64,000 bases of DNA from Chromatiaceae bacterium (lineage in GTDB: Bacteria > Pseudomonadota > Gammaproteobacteria > Chromatiales > Chromatiaceae): the NCBI GenBank assembly GCA_022340805.1, contig JAJDNF010000086.1:28895-92894 (forward strand), given 5' to 3'. Positions 36,197 through 46,273 of this stretch are shown in pieces. The position numbers were made by a program, and so were the translations under genes. Under the pieces are notes generated by a model. It saw only the letters and a list, made by a program, of their open reading frames with translations, was not told the origin of the DNA and did no database searches. The first letter of the stretch is position 1. Each line of letters opens with the position of its first letter.

Positions 36197-37045
36197 ATGA
36201 AGATGACACAACTGGCTCTGACGGCCATCTGCGCAATCAGCGCTACGGTTGTCATGGCAGACAAAAAGGCAACGGACACCTCGCCGGCAGAAGACCTCAA
36301 GGTATACCGCGACTACTTCAACAAGCGGTTCCCGGGTATTCCGCTGAACGAGTTTGGCAACGGTGTTTACGCTATCGACAAGGTTTCGCGTGACAGCTGG
36401 GAGGCCATCGAGGAGTTTCCGCCGTACGAGCCGATGATCGAGGCCGGCGAGGCCATGTGGAACAAGCCGTTCGCCAATGGCAAATCGTTCGCAAGCTGCT
36501 TCGGCAATTCGCCGGCGCAGCGCAAGAACTACCCGCACTGGGATGCGAAACGCAAGATGGTCGTGACCATGGAACTGGCGATCAACGACTGCCTTGAAGC
36601 AAACGGTGAGAAGCCGCTCGGCTACAACAAAGGCAAGATCGCGGACCTGGCGGCCTACATGGCCTACCAGTCACGTGGTCAGAAGATCGATGTCCAGATC
36701 CCGAACGACCCGGATGCACTGGCGGCCTACAATGATGGCAAGGCCTTCTACTTCGCCCGGCGCGGCCAGCTCAACTTCTCCTGTGCGAGCTGCCACATGG
36801 AAAGCGCCGGTATGCACGTGCGTACGGACACCCTGAGCCCGGCCCTTGGCCACGCCTCGGGCTGGCCGGTCTATCGTTCGAAATGGGGCGAGCTGGGCAC
36901 CCTGCATCGTCGCTTCGGCGGGTGCAACGAGCAGGTGCGCGCGAAGAAGTTCAAGCCGCAGGGCAAAGAGTACCGCAACCTGGAGTACTTCCTTGCGCAC
37001 ATGAGCAATGGCATCGAGTACAACGGCCCTTCATCACGCAAGTAA
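36197..37045 (+). CDS. soxA: SoxA (monoheme type)
   Basis: RRGQLNFSCASCH, WPVYRSKW, GCNEQVRA; N-terminal heme site degenerate (FASCF). Confidence 0.95.
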   Translation: MKMTQLALTAICAISATVVMADKKATDTSPAEDLKVYRDYFNKRFPGIPLNEFGNGVYAIDKVSRDSWEAIEEFPPYEPMIEAGEAMWNKPFANGKSFASCFGNSPAQRKNYPHWDAKRKMVVTMELAINDCLEANGEKPLGYNKGKIADLAAYMAYQSRGQKIDVQIPNDPDALAAYNDGKAFYFARRGQLNFSCASCHMESAGMHVRTDTLSPALGHASGWPVYRSKWGELGTLHRRFGGCNEQVRAKKFKPQGKEYRNLEYFLAHMSNGIEYNGPSSRK

Positions 37046-37066
37046 ACGCTTGAGCAAGTGAATCAG

Positions 37067-37093
37067 AGCCCGGCATGCGCCGGGCTTTTTTTT
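37067..37093 (+). terminator. Intrinsic terminator of soxXYZA
   Basis: AGCCCGGC-ATGC-GCCGGGCT followed by a T tract. Confidence 0.85.
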
Positions 37094-37108
37094 GCCCTGT
37101 TCAACAGC

Positions 37109-38452
37109 TCAGTTCGCCGACCGGGACGCGCGGCGCTGCGGCTCGACGACCGCGTCTTGCCGATCCCCAGCATCGGGCGCCAACGCAACGATATCGACAG
37201 GATCGGTAAACGCACCACCATCGTCGTCTGTTGCCTCATCGAACAGCTCGTCGCGGGACTGCAGCTGCGCTGCCGCAGCGGCATCCAGGCCAACCATATC
37301 GACAGGGTCCGTGGACGCACCGCCATCGTCGTCTGTTGCCTCATCGAACAGCTCGTCACGGGCCTGCACCTCCGCTGCCGCAGCGGTATCCAGGCCAACC
37401 ATATCGACAGGGTCCGTGGACGCACCGCCATCGTCGACTGTTGCCTCATCGAACAGCTCGTCGCGAGACTGCACGTCCGCTGCAGCGGCATCATCGGCGC
37501 CGAAGCCATTGCCTCCACCCATTGCCGGCCCTGCATCGTCGATGTCGCTGGACGCATCCGCGGGTGCGCCGTAGACGACCCCGCGATCGGGCCCGCTGTG
37601 CCGGTCAGCTGCAACCGCTTCGTACAGGTCTGCAGCAACATCCTCTCCCGCGGCCCGTCCTGACGCCGCTGGCGGCGCGGACTCCCCGGGATCCGCCCCA
37701 GCCAGCGTTTCAACGACATGGTCTCCGGCCGCGTCTACAGCGCCGACTGAGGAACCGGACCCACCCAACGCCTCGCCGCCGCTCTGCGTGCCGCGTGCCG
37801 GACCGTCGATCGTGCCGTCGTCTGCCACACTATGGCCGCCCGCCATAGCCGCCCCAGCGGAGCCCGCGGCATCACCCGCCGGGGACGAGATCGGAGCGGT
37901 TTCGGTCGGTGACCCGCCGGCGAACATGGTCGAATATTCGTTGAGCATGCGGCTCATGGTTTCCATGGTCACCCGCAGCTCATCCGACAGGCGGCTGTTT
38001 TCCGCACGCAGGAACTCGATGTCTGAGTCATTGGGTTCCGAATCCGTGGTGCCGGCCTCGGGACTGCCGGCTGCAGCGCTGCCATGCAGCGCGTGATAGG
38101 ACTCCAGGGCGGCGAACAGATCGATGTCGAAGCGCGCTGCCGCGCCCGCGTCACGCTGCCGGTAGATCGCGGCAAAGCGTTGCAGCAGAAACAGTTCCGC
38201 GCGCAGCAGGCCGACCTTGGCCTGGGCCAGCGGCTCACCGGACATGCCCATCTGCCCGGCGAGGTATTGCTCGATCGCCGCCGCGCGTTGCGGTTTGGTC
38301 TGCTTGATACGTGCGACCAGCGCCTGAACCGCCTTGCGGTCGCGCAGCGCCCGGCCCCGGCTGCGCAGCCAAAAAGCGAGCAGCAGCACGAACGCGAGTA
38401 GCAACAGCTCGGCGCCGAGCGCGCCGAACATGATCAGCATCGTCTGGCTCAT
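37109..38452 (-). CDS. Membrane-anchored coiled-coil protein with acidic low-complexity repeat tail
   Basis: N-terminal TM; LRAENSRLSDELRVTMETM coiled coil; 35-aa acidic repeats; 4-nt overlap with the upstream vWA gene. Confidence 0.7.
   Translation of the reverse strand: MSQTMLIMFGALGAELLLLAFVLLLAFWLRSRGRALRDRKAVQALVARIKQTKPQRAAAIEQYLAGQMGMSGEPLAQAKVGLLRAELFLLQRFAAIYRQRDAGAAARFDIDLFAALESYHALHGSAAAGSPEAGTTDSEPNDSDIEFLRAENSRLSDELRVTMETMSRMLNEYSTMFAGGSPTETAPISSPAGDAAGSAGAAMAGGHSVADDGTIDGPARGTQSGGEALGGSGSSVGAVDAAGDHVVETLAGADPGESAPPAASGRAAGEDVAADLYEAVAADRHSGPDRGVVYGAPADASSDIDDAGPAMGGGNGFGADDAAAADVQSRDELFDEATVDDGGASTDPVDMVGLDTAAAAEVQARDELFDEATDDDGGASTDPVDMVGLDAAAAAQLQSRDELFDEATDDDGGAFTDPVDIVALAPDAGDRQDAVVEPQRRASRSAN
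37191..37492. repeat. In-frame 105-bp tandem repeat, about 2.9 copies
   Basis: ATATCGACAG recurs at 37191, 37296 and 37401; encodes RDELFDEAT(D/V)DDGGA(S/F)TDPVD(M/I)V units. Confidence 0.9.
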
Positions 38453-40344
38453 GCCGCTTTCTCCCGGGCGGGCTCCATGTCTGCTGCAGGCGACCCTTCG
38501 GCTGTGTCTGCGAGCAACTGGTCTAGGTCAAGCTCGCCACCCGCACCGGCGCGCCGGCGCCGCAGCAGCAGCCACCAGGTGGCGCCGCCGATCAGCAACG
38601 TCAGGTTGAAGGCACCGAACACGATGAGCGGGACCAGCCAGCCCCCCTCCTCGCCACCAACGGCTGGCGGCGCAGGCGGTTCGACCGCCGCAGCGGCTGC
38701 ATGTGCGGGCTCCTGCTGCACCTGAGGCGCCGGCTCTGGTGCCGGAGCCACTTCGACCACTGGCGTTGCAGCCGGCGCGGCGGCAATCACCGCCGGCGCC
38801 GACAACTCGACGCCGGCGGCCACGAATGGACCAACCGTGCGCTCGATCAGGTTGCCGAGCCGCGTGGTCCCGGAGACCTTGACGTAGACCGGCAGGCCGG
38901 CATCCAGCAGTGCTGCCCGCCATTGGCCGGATCCGGCCCGGAGCGGCTGCAGCGGCGAATGTCGGGCGCCCTCACCCTCCTGCCACACCTCGATACCGGC
39001 ACCGTCCTGCATAACTGCCGGCTGCACGTCGATGGTCATCACCGGACCATCGGCGGTCTCCTCGACCGCACCCTCGACCGGCTCGTGGATCGCAACGCGA
39101 ACACGCTTCTCGCGCATGAAGGTCGGGCTGTCGACCGCGAGCACCAATTCGATCGCGTCACGCACCTGCGAGTCCCCGTAGCGCATCGTGTAGCGTCCAT
39201 CGCCCGCGGTCTCGTCGTCACCCGTGCCGCTGTCGTTCAGGTCCAGCGGCCTGCCGCCCCGCGCAGCCACCTCGTCGGCATGCACCTGCAGCAGACGCAG
39301 GAAGGCCGGTCGGGTCACTGCCTCACCCCGGTTGCTGAGATAGGCCTCGATGCGCACCTGCTCGCCGACCGCGATGTGGCTGGGTACGTCGGAGGTCTGC
39401 AACCTCAGGTCGGTCACGATCATGACCCGGTTGTCTGGATCGAGGTCCGCCTGGAGGCTCCATTCGCCCTTTTCCGGCGACCCGATGGTGATTAGGTCGT
39501 AGCCCTGGTCATGGGACCAGGCCACGCCAGCGGTCAGGTCACTGTCGGTGAACTCCTCTCCGCTCGGTGATCGCAGGCGCACCGCAGGCGAATCCGGCTT
39601 GCTGAACACCAGAACGGTCGCCTCGCTGACGCTGCTGTCGACCACGAAACGATTGTCCTGCAGAGGCAGCGCATCCGGCCTGCCGAGCGTCTCGAACATG
39701 CGCAGAAAGGCGCGCTGGAGCTCGTCAGCCTGCGCGACCTGCTGATACCAGCCACCGGTCTCGCCGGCCAGGCGCTGCATCAACTCGTGGTCGGCACGCT
39801 CCGACAGGGCAATGGTATGAACCTTGACTCCGGCCGCCTTCAGGCGTGGCAGCAAAGTGTCGAGAATGCGTGCGCGCGACTGGTCGTTTTCGTCCGCATT
39901 CTTGGAGACATCGACCATGCCGTCAGTCAACAGCACCAGGTGCCGCATGTGCGTGGTCGGCTCGCCGGCCCAGTTGCTGGAGGCCTTGTCCAGCACATCC
40001 TCGATGTTGGTGAACTGCCCGGGCGAATTGATCTGCTCGGACAGCGAGCGGGTGCGGGTTTTCCAGGCCGCGTCGACATCGGCAACCGGGACCAGATTGT
40101 TCACCCAGCGTGCAAAGGTCCAGACGCCGGCCCTGGTGCCGGGCTGCAGCAGACCTGCCAACATGCGCAGCGCTGGCCGTCGCAGGTTGTTCGGATCGTT
40201 CTGGCGCATGCTGCCGGAGATATCGATCAGTACCCGTACGTCCACTTCGTCCTGTGTTGCGGCAAGCAGCGGCGCGCTGCACGCCAGCAGCGCCGCGGTC
40301 AGCAGCAGCCAGACTGCGCGCAGATCCCTAACCGATAGCCGCAT
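38449..40344 (-). CDS. Exported vWA-domain protein with C-terminal membrane anchor
   Basis: Signal peptide; DVRVLIDISGSM, LLTDGMVD; Pro/Ala linker, TM, RRRR. Confidence 0.8.
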   Translation of the reverse strand: MRLSVRDLRAVWLLLTAALLACSAPLLAATQDEVDVRVLIDISGSMRQNDPNNLRRPALRMLAGLLQPGTRAGVWTFARWVNNLVPVADVDAAWKTRTRSLSEQINSPGQFTNIEDVLDKASSNWAGEPTTHMRHLVLLTDGMVDVSKNADENDQSRARILDTLLPRLKAAGVKVHTIALSERADHELMQRLAGETGGWYQQVAQADELQRAFLRMFETLGRPDALPLQDNRFVVDSSVSEATVLVFSKPDSPAVRLRSPSGEEFTDSDLTAGVAWSHDQGYDLITIGSPEKGEWSLQADLDPDNRVMIVTDLRLQTSDVPSHIAVGEQVRIEAYLSNRGEAVTRPAFLRLLQVHADEVAARGGRPLDLNDSGTGDDETAGDGRYTMRYGDSQVRDAIELVLAVDSPTFMREKRVRVAIHEPVEGAVEETADGPVMTIDVQPAVMQDGAGIEVWQEGEGARHSPLQPLRAGSGQWRAALLDAGLPVYVKVSGTTRLGNLIERTVGPFVAAGVELSAPAVIAAAPAATPVVEVAPAPEPAPQVQQEPAHAAAAAVEPPAPPAVGGEEGGWLVPLIVFGAFNLTLLIGGATWWLLLRRRRAGAGGELDLDQLLADTAEGSPAADMEPAREKAA

Positions 40345-40457
40345 ATCAGGCCCCCTGGGGAGAAAGATGTTCCTGATGGGATAACGGCAGCGCAGCATGG
40401 CGCTTTAACCGGACGCTGATCTATCCAGCTGCCCCTGCGCTGCGCAGCGGACTTGAA

Positions 40458-41351
40458 TTACTTCCTGGCGTACGGCCCAGTGCGGCGCTGATCGGGCATC
40501 TCGAAGCGTCGATAGGTCCACTGGTAATGGGCCGGAAAGGTACGCACGCAACGCTCGACGGCGCTGTTCAGCGCGGCCGCCGCGACCTCGGAGGACTCGT
40601 CGCCGATCGCCGGGTCGGCCTCGAAGTGGTAGGCACGGTATCGGTGCGTGTTGCTGTCGTAGACCGCGCAGCAGAACAGCACCGCGCAGCCGTGACGCCG
40701 CACGAGCCGGTTGACCAGTGTCATGGTCAGCGCCGGATGGCCGAAGAACGGGGCCAGCGTACCAGAGGCGCCAGCGGCCTTCGGCACCTGGTCGGGCAAT
40801 ATGCCAACGATCTCGCCGCGCTGCAGCGCTGCGTGCAGCGCCTTGAGGCCCTGACGGTCGGTCGGCACCGGCTCGATCCCGGAGCGCGCCCTGCCCTGTC
40901 GCATCAGCTCGTCCATGAACGCCTGGCGCGGCGGCCGGTAGAGCGCCGTCGCCGGGGCCACCCTGGTCGCCAGGTAGGCAAGCAATTCCCAGTTGCCCAG
41001 GTGCGGCATTGCGAAGATCAGCCCGCGCCCGCGCGCGATCATCTCGCGCGCGGCCTCCATCAGACCATTGTCGTCGACATCATCCGCCCATTCGCGCCGC
41101 GGGCCCGCCCAGATACCCAACATCTGCGCCAGACTGCGGCCGGTCTCCGACAGGTTCTCGCGCACCAGCGCCTCGCGCTCGGCCTCGGACATCTCGGGAA
41201 AGCACATCGCCAGGTTGATCCGGGCAATGCGCACCTCGCGACCGCCCCGGCGGTAGATCAGATGCCCAGCGGCTGCGCCCAGGGCGCCGACCCAGCGAAA
41301 CGGCAGACGAGCGATCAGGCTCAACAGGGTTTTCAACAATCGATCACGCAT
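40458..41351 (-). CDS. Lipid A lauroyl/lysophospholipid acyltransferase (HtrB/LpxL family)
   Basis: NLAMCFPE, PHLGNWE, ILPDQ, APFFG, YQWTYRRF. Confidence 0.88.
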   Translation of the reverse strand: MRDRLLKTLLSLIARLPFRWVGALGAAAGHLIYRRGGREVRIARINLAMCFPEMSEAEREALVRENLSETGRSLAQMLGIWAGPRREWADDVDDNGLMEAAREMIARGRGLIFAMPHLGNWELLAYLATRVAPATALYRPPRQAFMDELMRQGRARSGIEPVPTDRQGLKALHAALQRGEIVGILPDQVPKAAGASGTLAPFFGHPALTMTLVNRLVRRHGCAVLFCCAVYDSNTHRYRAYHFEADPAIGDESSEVAAAALNSAVERCVRTFPAHYQWTYRRFEMPDQRRTGPYARK

Positions 41352-41441
41352 GATTTCCGCTACCGAAAGCGCAGGCATCTACACTGCAAACAACATCAAC
41401 TAGTCTATAAAACCGTATTCGCATCACAACGAGGATCCGCC

Positions 41442-41870
41442 ATGAGCAAACGGGAACCCGCCGAATTATCGCCCGAAAAGGCCAATCAGATGCTGCAGGA
41501 TGACCCGCGCGCAGTGCTGGTCGATATCCGTTCGACCATGGAGTTCTTGTTCGTCGGACACCCCAAGGGCGCCGTACACGTCGCCTGGATCGACGAGCCG
41601 GATTGGGACATCAACCCACACTTCGTCCCCGAGATCCGCAAACTGCTGCTCGGCGGCGCCGTGTGCGATGCGCAAGAAGGCTGCGCACCGGTCATCCTGA
41701 TCTGCCGCAGCGGCAAGCGCTCGGCGGAAGCGGGCAAGGCGCTGATCGGGGCCGGCCTGAAGAACGTCTTTCACATCGACGAGGGCTTCGAGGGCGACCT
41801 CGACGACAATCATCAACGCGGCAATCTCGGCGGCTGGCGTTTCCATGGCCTGCCCTGGGAGCAGTGCTGA
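41442..41870 (+). CDS. Single-domain rhodanese
   Basis: LVDIR, GHP, active-site ICRSGKRS, EGFEG, GWRFHGLPW; GAGGA RBS. Confidence 0.9.
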   Translation: MSKREPAELSPEKANQMLQDDPRAVLVDIRSTMEFLFVGHPKGAVHVAWIDEPDWDINPHFVPEIRKLLLGGAVCDAQEGCAPVILICRSGKRSAEAGKALIGAGLKNVFHIDEGFEGDLDDNHQRGNLGGWRFHGLPWEQC

Positions 41871-41927
41871 CCTTCAAAGGCACCGCATGTTAGGCTGAAT
41901 AACCGTGCTGGTCAGCCAATGTTGTGT

Positions 41928-42422
41928 ATGTCGTCCGTCGTAACCCTCTGTAGCGCTGCATACCTTTTCGCCCTGCGTGAACTGCTCAGGGGTTATGGAA
42001 TCCACATCGTGCATGTCGAGGCCGGCACTGAGATTCCCGGTTCCTACTGGGGAGAGAGCGAGGCCGGACTGGTCCACAACCAGCTGTTCCTGCGCGACGA
42101 CACACCGCTGCACTCAGCCCTGCACGAGGCCTGCCACTACATCTGCATGGATGATGTACGGCGTGCCAGACTGCATACCGATGCGGGCGGCGACATCCCC
42201 GAGGAAAATGCCGTGTGCTACCTGCAGGGCCTGCTCGCCGACCGCATACCCGGGTACAGCCGTGAGCATCTGTTCGCAGATATGGATGCCTGGGGATACA
42301 CATTCCGGCTGGGTTCCGCGCGCACCTGGTTCGAGCAGGATGCGAACGACGCCCTGGCCTGGCTGCTGAGGCACAATATCATGGATGCGGCCGAGAACCC
42401 GACCGGCCAGCTGCGCAGATAA
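41928..42422 (+). CDS. Hypothetical HExxH protein
   Basis: IPGSYWG, HSALHEACH, EENAVCYLQ, WGYTFRLGS. Confidence 0.75.
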   Translation: MSSVVTLCSAAYLFALRELLRGYGIHIVHVEAGTEIPGSYWGESEAGLVHNQLFLRDDTPLHSALHEACHYICMDDVRRARLHTDAGGDIPEENAVCYLQGLLADRIPGYSREHLFADMDAWGYTFRLGSARTWFEQDANDALAWLLRHNIMDAAENPTGQLRR

Positions 42423-42439
42423 TCGAGGACCAACGGACT

Positions 42440-43276
42440 ATGCCAATGATCAAGAAATGTTTGTTCCCCGCTGCCGGCTACGGCACGCGATTCCTCCCCG
42501 CGACCAAGGCGATGCCCAAAGAGATGCTGCCGATCCTCAACAAGCCGCTGATTCAATATGGCGTCGAGGAGGCCATGGAGGCCGGCATGACCAACATCGG
42601 GATGGTCACCGGTCGCGGCAAGCGCGCCCTGGAAGACCACTTCGACGTCAGTTACGAACTCGAACACCAGATCAGCGGCACCTCGAAGGAGAAGTATCTC
42701 GCCGACATCCGCAAGATTATCGGCGAGTGCACCTTCTCGTACACACGCCAGACTGAGATGAAAGGCCTCGGCCACGCCATCCTGACCGGCGAGACCCTGA
42801 TCGGCCGCGAACCCTTCGGGGTGATCCTGGCAGACGACCTGTGCGTCGGTGACGGCCTCAGCGTGCTGGCACAGATGGCGCGTATCTATGCCAAGTACCG
42901 CTGCAGCGTGGTGGCGATCGAGGAGGTTCCGCAGGACGAGGTGCACAAGTATGGCGTTATCGCCGGCTCCGAACTCGAAGACGGCGTGTATGTCGTATCC
43001 AACATGGTGGAAAAACCGGCCCCGGAAGAAGCGCCGTCGAACCTCGCCATCATCGGCCGCTACATCCTCACGCCGGATATCTTCGACGTGATCCGCGCCA
43101 CACCGCCGGGACGCAATGGCGAGATCCAGATCACCGATGCGCTGCAGACCCAGGCGGTCAAGAACATGGTGCTGGCCTATCGCTTCAAGGGTAAGCGCTT
43201 CGACTGCGGCAGCGTCGAGGGCTTCGTCGAGGCAATCAACCACTTCTACCAGCATTGGAAAGAGGTGGAAGGCTGA
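42440..43276 (+). CDS. galU: UTP-glucose-1-phosphate uridylyltransferase
   Basis: PAAGYGTRFLPATKAMPKEMLP, GLGHA, VEKP, GEIQITDA. Confidence 0.96.
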   Translation: MPMIKKCLFPAAGYGTRFLPATKAMPKEMLPILNKPLIQYGVEEAMEAGMTNIGMVTGRGKRALEDHFDVSYELEHQISGTSKEKYLADIRKIIGECTFSYTRQTEMKGLGHAILTGETLIGREPFGVILADDLCVGDGLSVLAQMARIYAKYRCSVVAIEEVPQDEVHKYGVIAGSELEDGVYVVSNMVEKPAPEEAPSNLAIIGRYILTPDIFDVIRATPPGRNGEIQITDALQTQAVKNMVLAYRFKGKRFDCGSVEGFVEAINHFYQHWKEVEG

Positions 43277-43289
43277 GGCGCCGGGCGCG

Positions 43290-44714
43290 TCAGCCGATCA
43301 GCGCCAGGAACGCGGCTGCCTTGTCGAGACTCTCCTGGTATTCGGCTTCACAGTCGGAATCCGACACTATGCCGCCGCCCGCCCAGTAGTACAGATCGTC
43401 ACCGCGCAACAGCGCGGTGCGGATCGTGATATTACTGTCCAGATTGCCATCGAACCCCAGGCGGATCACGTTGCCGCAGTACACCTCGCGACGCACCGGT
43501 TCGAGTTCGTCGATGATCTCCATCGCACGGCGCTTAGGCGCACCGGTGATCGAACCGCCCGGGAAACAGGCGCCGATCAGGTGCAGCGCATCCCGGTCGG
43601 CACGCAGCCGCCCGGTGACGGTGCTGACCAGATGGTGCACCGTCGCAAAGGACTCGATCTGGAACAGCACCGGCACCTCGATCGAACCGGGTATGCACAC
43701 CCTGCCCAGGTCGTTGCGCAGCAGGTCGACGATCATCAAATTCTCGGCCCGGTCCTTCGCGCTGCTGAGCAATTGCGTGCGCAGCGCCATGTCCTGCGCC
43801 GCAGTCGCACCCCGTGCGCGGGTCCCCTTGATCGGTCGTGTCTGTACCCGATCCCCCTGCACGCGCAGAAACTGCTCCGGTGACGAACTCAGGACCTGGC
43901 CGAACGGGTACTCGAGCAAAGCGGCGTAGGGCGCCGGGTTCTCCTGTCGCATGCGCTGGTACAGGGTCCAGGCATCCTGACCAACGCGCGCCCTGAAACG
44001 CTGGGCGAGATTGACCTGGTAGCAATCGCCGTCGCGGATATAGCGCTGGATACGCGCAAAGGCGCGCGCATAGGCACCGCGCGGCATGCCGGATTCGAGC
44101 AGCGTCCCGGGTATGACAGGCGGCAAATCTGCCGGCGCCGCACCAGCCAGCAGGCGGCGCAATACCGATCGCCAGGTGTCGGAGCCGCGCGGGTCGCGAC
44201 CCTGACGCACGAAGTAGCTGCGTTGGCGTGCGTGATCTACCACCACCGCCCAGTCGTAAAGACCCACAACCATGTCCGGCCAGTCGCCGAGGCCGTCGCG
44301 CTGCGGCAACATGCCGAAGCTGCGGGCGAGATCATAGCCGAGGAAGCCGATGGCTCCGCCATTGAAAGGCACGTCGGGGATTGCCGGGACAGGCTCGCCC
44401 AGCGCGGCACGCAGCAATGCCAGCGGCGCATCGGACCTGGCGTGCCCGGTCGGACCCGCGCCAGCGAGCCGCACCAGGCCGTCACGCGCCACGAGGGTCA
44501 GGTAGGGATCGGCGGCGATGATGTCGTAGCGCCCGGCACCCGATTCTGGAAACCCGCTATCCAGCCACACCGGCCAGGCCAGCTGCCGGAGTTCGGCGTA
44601 ACACTGCCGACTGTCCGGCCCATACGGCAGCCGCGTTAGCTGATTTGCCGCCAATGCGTCAGCCCGGTTCGTGCCCAGGTCGTCCGAAGCGACCGCCGCA
44701 GACCTTCCCGGCAA
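43290..44714 (-). CDS. pabB: Aminodeoxychorismate synthase component I
   Basis: YQVNL, SSPEQF, RPIKGT, KDRAENLMIVDLLRND, FPGGSITGAPK; exact start uncertain. Confidence 0.9.
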   Translation of the reverse strand: MPGRSAAVASDDLGTNRADALAANQLTRLPYGPDSRQCYAELRQLAWPVWLDSGFPESGAGRYDIIAADPYLTLVARDGLVRLAGAGPTGHARSDAPLALLRAALGEPVPAIPDVPFNGGAIGFLGYDLARSFGMLPQRDGLGDWPDMVVGLYDWAVVVDHARQRSYFVRQGRDPRGSDTWRSVLRRLLAGAAPADLPPVIPGTLLESGMPRGAYARAFARIQRYIRDGDCYQVNLAQRFRARVGQDAWTLYQRMRQENPAPYAALLEYPFGQVLSSSPEQFLRVQGDRVQTRPIKGTRARGATAAQDMALRTQLLSSAKDRAENLMIVDLLRNDLGRVCIPGSIEVPVLFQIESFATVHHLVSTVTGRLRADRDALHLIGACFPGGSITGAPKRRAMEIIDELEPVRREVYCGNVIRLGFDGNLDSNITIRTALLRGDDLYYWAGGGIVSDSDCEAEYQESLDKAAAFLALIG

Positions 44715-44717
44715 CCG

Positions 44718-45083
44718 TCATTCGCGCACCAGATAGCGCCATTTGCCGTCGCTTGGTGCCCCGTCGAGCGTTGAATCCGACGCCGGCCTCCAGCCCACCC
44801 AGTGTTCGATCATCCCCGCCAGCTCGAAGTCCTTGTCGCTGATCGCATCTGCAGAATGCGTGCGCAGGCTGACCAGCACGCTGCCCCAGCTGATCTGCAG
44901 ATCCGGGTGGTGCCAGGCCAGTTCGGCCAGATGGGCAATGCCGTTGGCCAACAGCATGCTCGCGCGCCAGCCGTCGGTCACATATCGCCGGCGCAGGTGG
45001 CCGCCCTCGACCTGCCAGCTCGGCAGCACGGCGGCGAGCTTGTCGCCCGCCTCGACCTCGGTATACACAACAGCGTCTCGCAT
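44718..45083 (-). CDS. phhB: Pterin-4-alpha-carbinolamine dehydratase
   Basis: AWHHPDL, THSADAISDKDFELA. Confidence 0.88.
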   Translation of the reverse strand: MRDAVVYTEVEAGDKLAAVLPSWQVEGGHLRRRYVTDGWRASMLLANGIAHLAELAWHHPDLQISWGSVLVSLRTHSADAISDKDFELAGMIEHWVGWRPASDSTLDGAPSDGKWRYLVRE

Positions 45084-45185
45084 GGCTCCTCCGTCAGACA
45101 GACACGATCCGGTCAGTGCCAGCCATTGTGCGGCATTACTGGCTCGCGATCAGCGGTGGATCAGGTTTCGACGCCGCTGGGCAAT

Positions 45186-45219
45186 AAAAAACCGGCATCG
45201 GGCGCATGCCCGGTGCCGG
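45186..45219 (-). terminator. Intrinsic terminator after the OmpA-family gene
   Basis: Sense CCGGCACCGGGC-ATGC-GCCCGATGCCGG followed by TTTTTT. Confidence 0.8.
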
Positions 45220-45273
45220 CTGTGGCCTTGGGCGGCGGGGCTGGCCCCGCCACCTGACTGGCTGGTGGCCCTG

Positions 45274-45882
45274 TTAGAACAGGTCGAACACGATCTCAGC
45301 ACGACGGTTCGGTGCCAGGCACTCGAGTGCGGCCGCACCGCGCATACCCTCGCAGGTAGCCAGCGGCTCAGACTCACCCTTGCCGGACATCTCGATCATC
45401 TGCGCGCCGATCCCGGCATTCTGCACCAGGTAATCGTTTACCGCGCCTGCACGACGCAGCGACAGGCCGACGTTGTACTCTTCGGTGCCGACACGGTCGG
45501 TGTGGCCGGTTACGCGGACCGCCTTGATGTTGCCCTTCGACTTGGCCTCGCTGACCAGGCTGTCGATCGCGGCCGTTGCGTTGGCATCCAGGTCGGAACG
45601 ATCAAACGCGAAGTTCACGGTTGCTGCGGCCGGGGCAATCGCCATCGGTACGGGTGCAGCAACCACCGGTGCCGGTTCCGCGGCCACCGGCTCTACGTAG
45701 CCGTCGCAACCTACAACCGTCGCCATTTCCGACTTCCAGAAGCCGGTGTGCAGACATTCACCGGAGCCACTGCGCCACACATCGGCAGCCTTGTCATCCC
45801 AATAACCGTCAGCGGCGAAGACTTGCGCGACGCCAAGCATGGACGTCATAAGTACCGCCAGACGAAAAACCCCGAGTTTCAT
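45274..45882 (-). CDS. OmpA-family peptidoglycan-binding protein
   Basis: Signal peptide; NFAFD, GHTDRVG, YNVGLSLRRA, PNRRAEI. Confidence 0.93.
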   Translation of the reverse strand: MKLGVFRLAVLMTSMLGVAQVFAADGYWDDKAADVWRSGSGECLHTGFWKSEMATVVGCDGYVEPVAAEPAPVVAAPVPMAIAPAAATVNFAFDRSDLDANATAAIDSLVSEAKSKGNIKAVRVTGHTDRVGTEEYNVGLSLRRAGAVNDYLVQNAGIGAQMIEMSGKGESEPLATCEGMRGAAALECLAPNRRAEIVFDLF

Positions 45883-46273
45883 ATCGACCTCCTAACAGAT
45901 CGTTCAGAATTAAAGGCAGGAATTGCCAGATTTTTAAATAGTGTAGCGCGTACTCTAAATGGTTCAATTGAGTCATCTCAAGCGAAATTTGCAAGAATCT
46001 GCCGCTATCGGACCAGAAACCTCTCCTGAGTGACAAAATAGGCCGGATTGGGCACCTCCAGGCCCCCCCGAAGGCCTGCCCGAGGTCCGGATCACGCCCG
46101 CCACGGGTTCCATTTTGGTGCATACATCTGCCCGACGCACCAGGAACATCGCCCCGCAGGACCAGGTGACCCCACCGCCCTCGCCCTTCCCGTGCATCCG
46201 GACGCCTCCCCGGAGTGGCGCACAAATTGCTCCGTTCCATCTCCGGACAGGCTCGCCAAGCGCACGAGACAGG

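Noticed and set aside
37191-37492. 105-bp repeats as a CRISPR array
   Set aside because: Contiguous in-frame coding repeats without unique spacers
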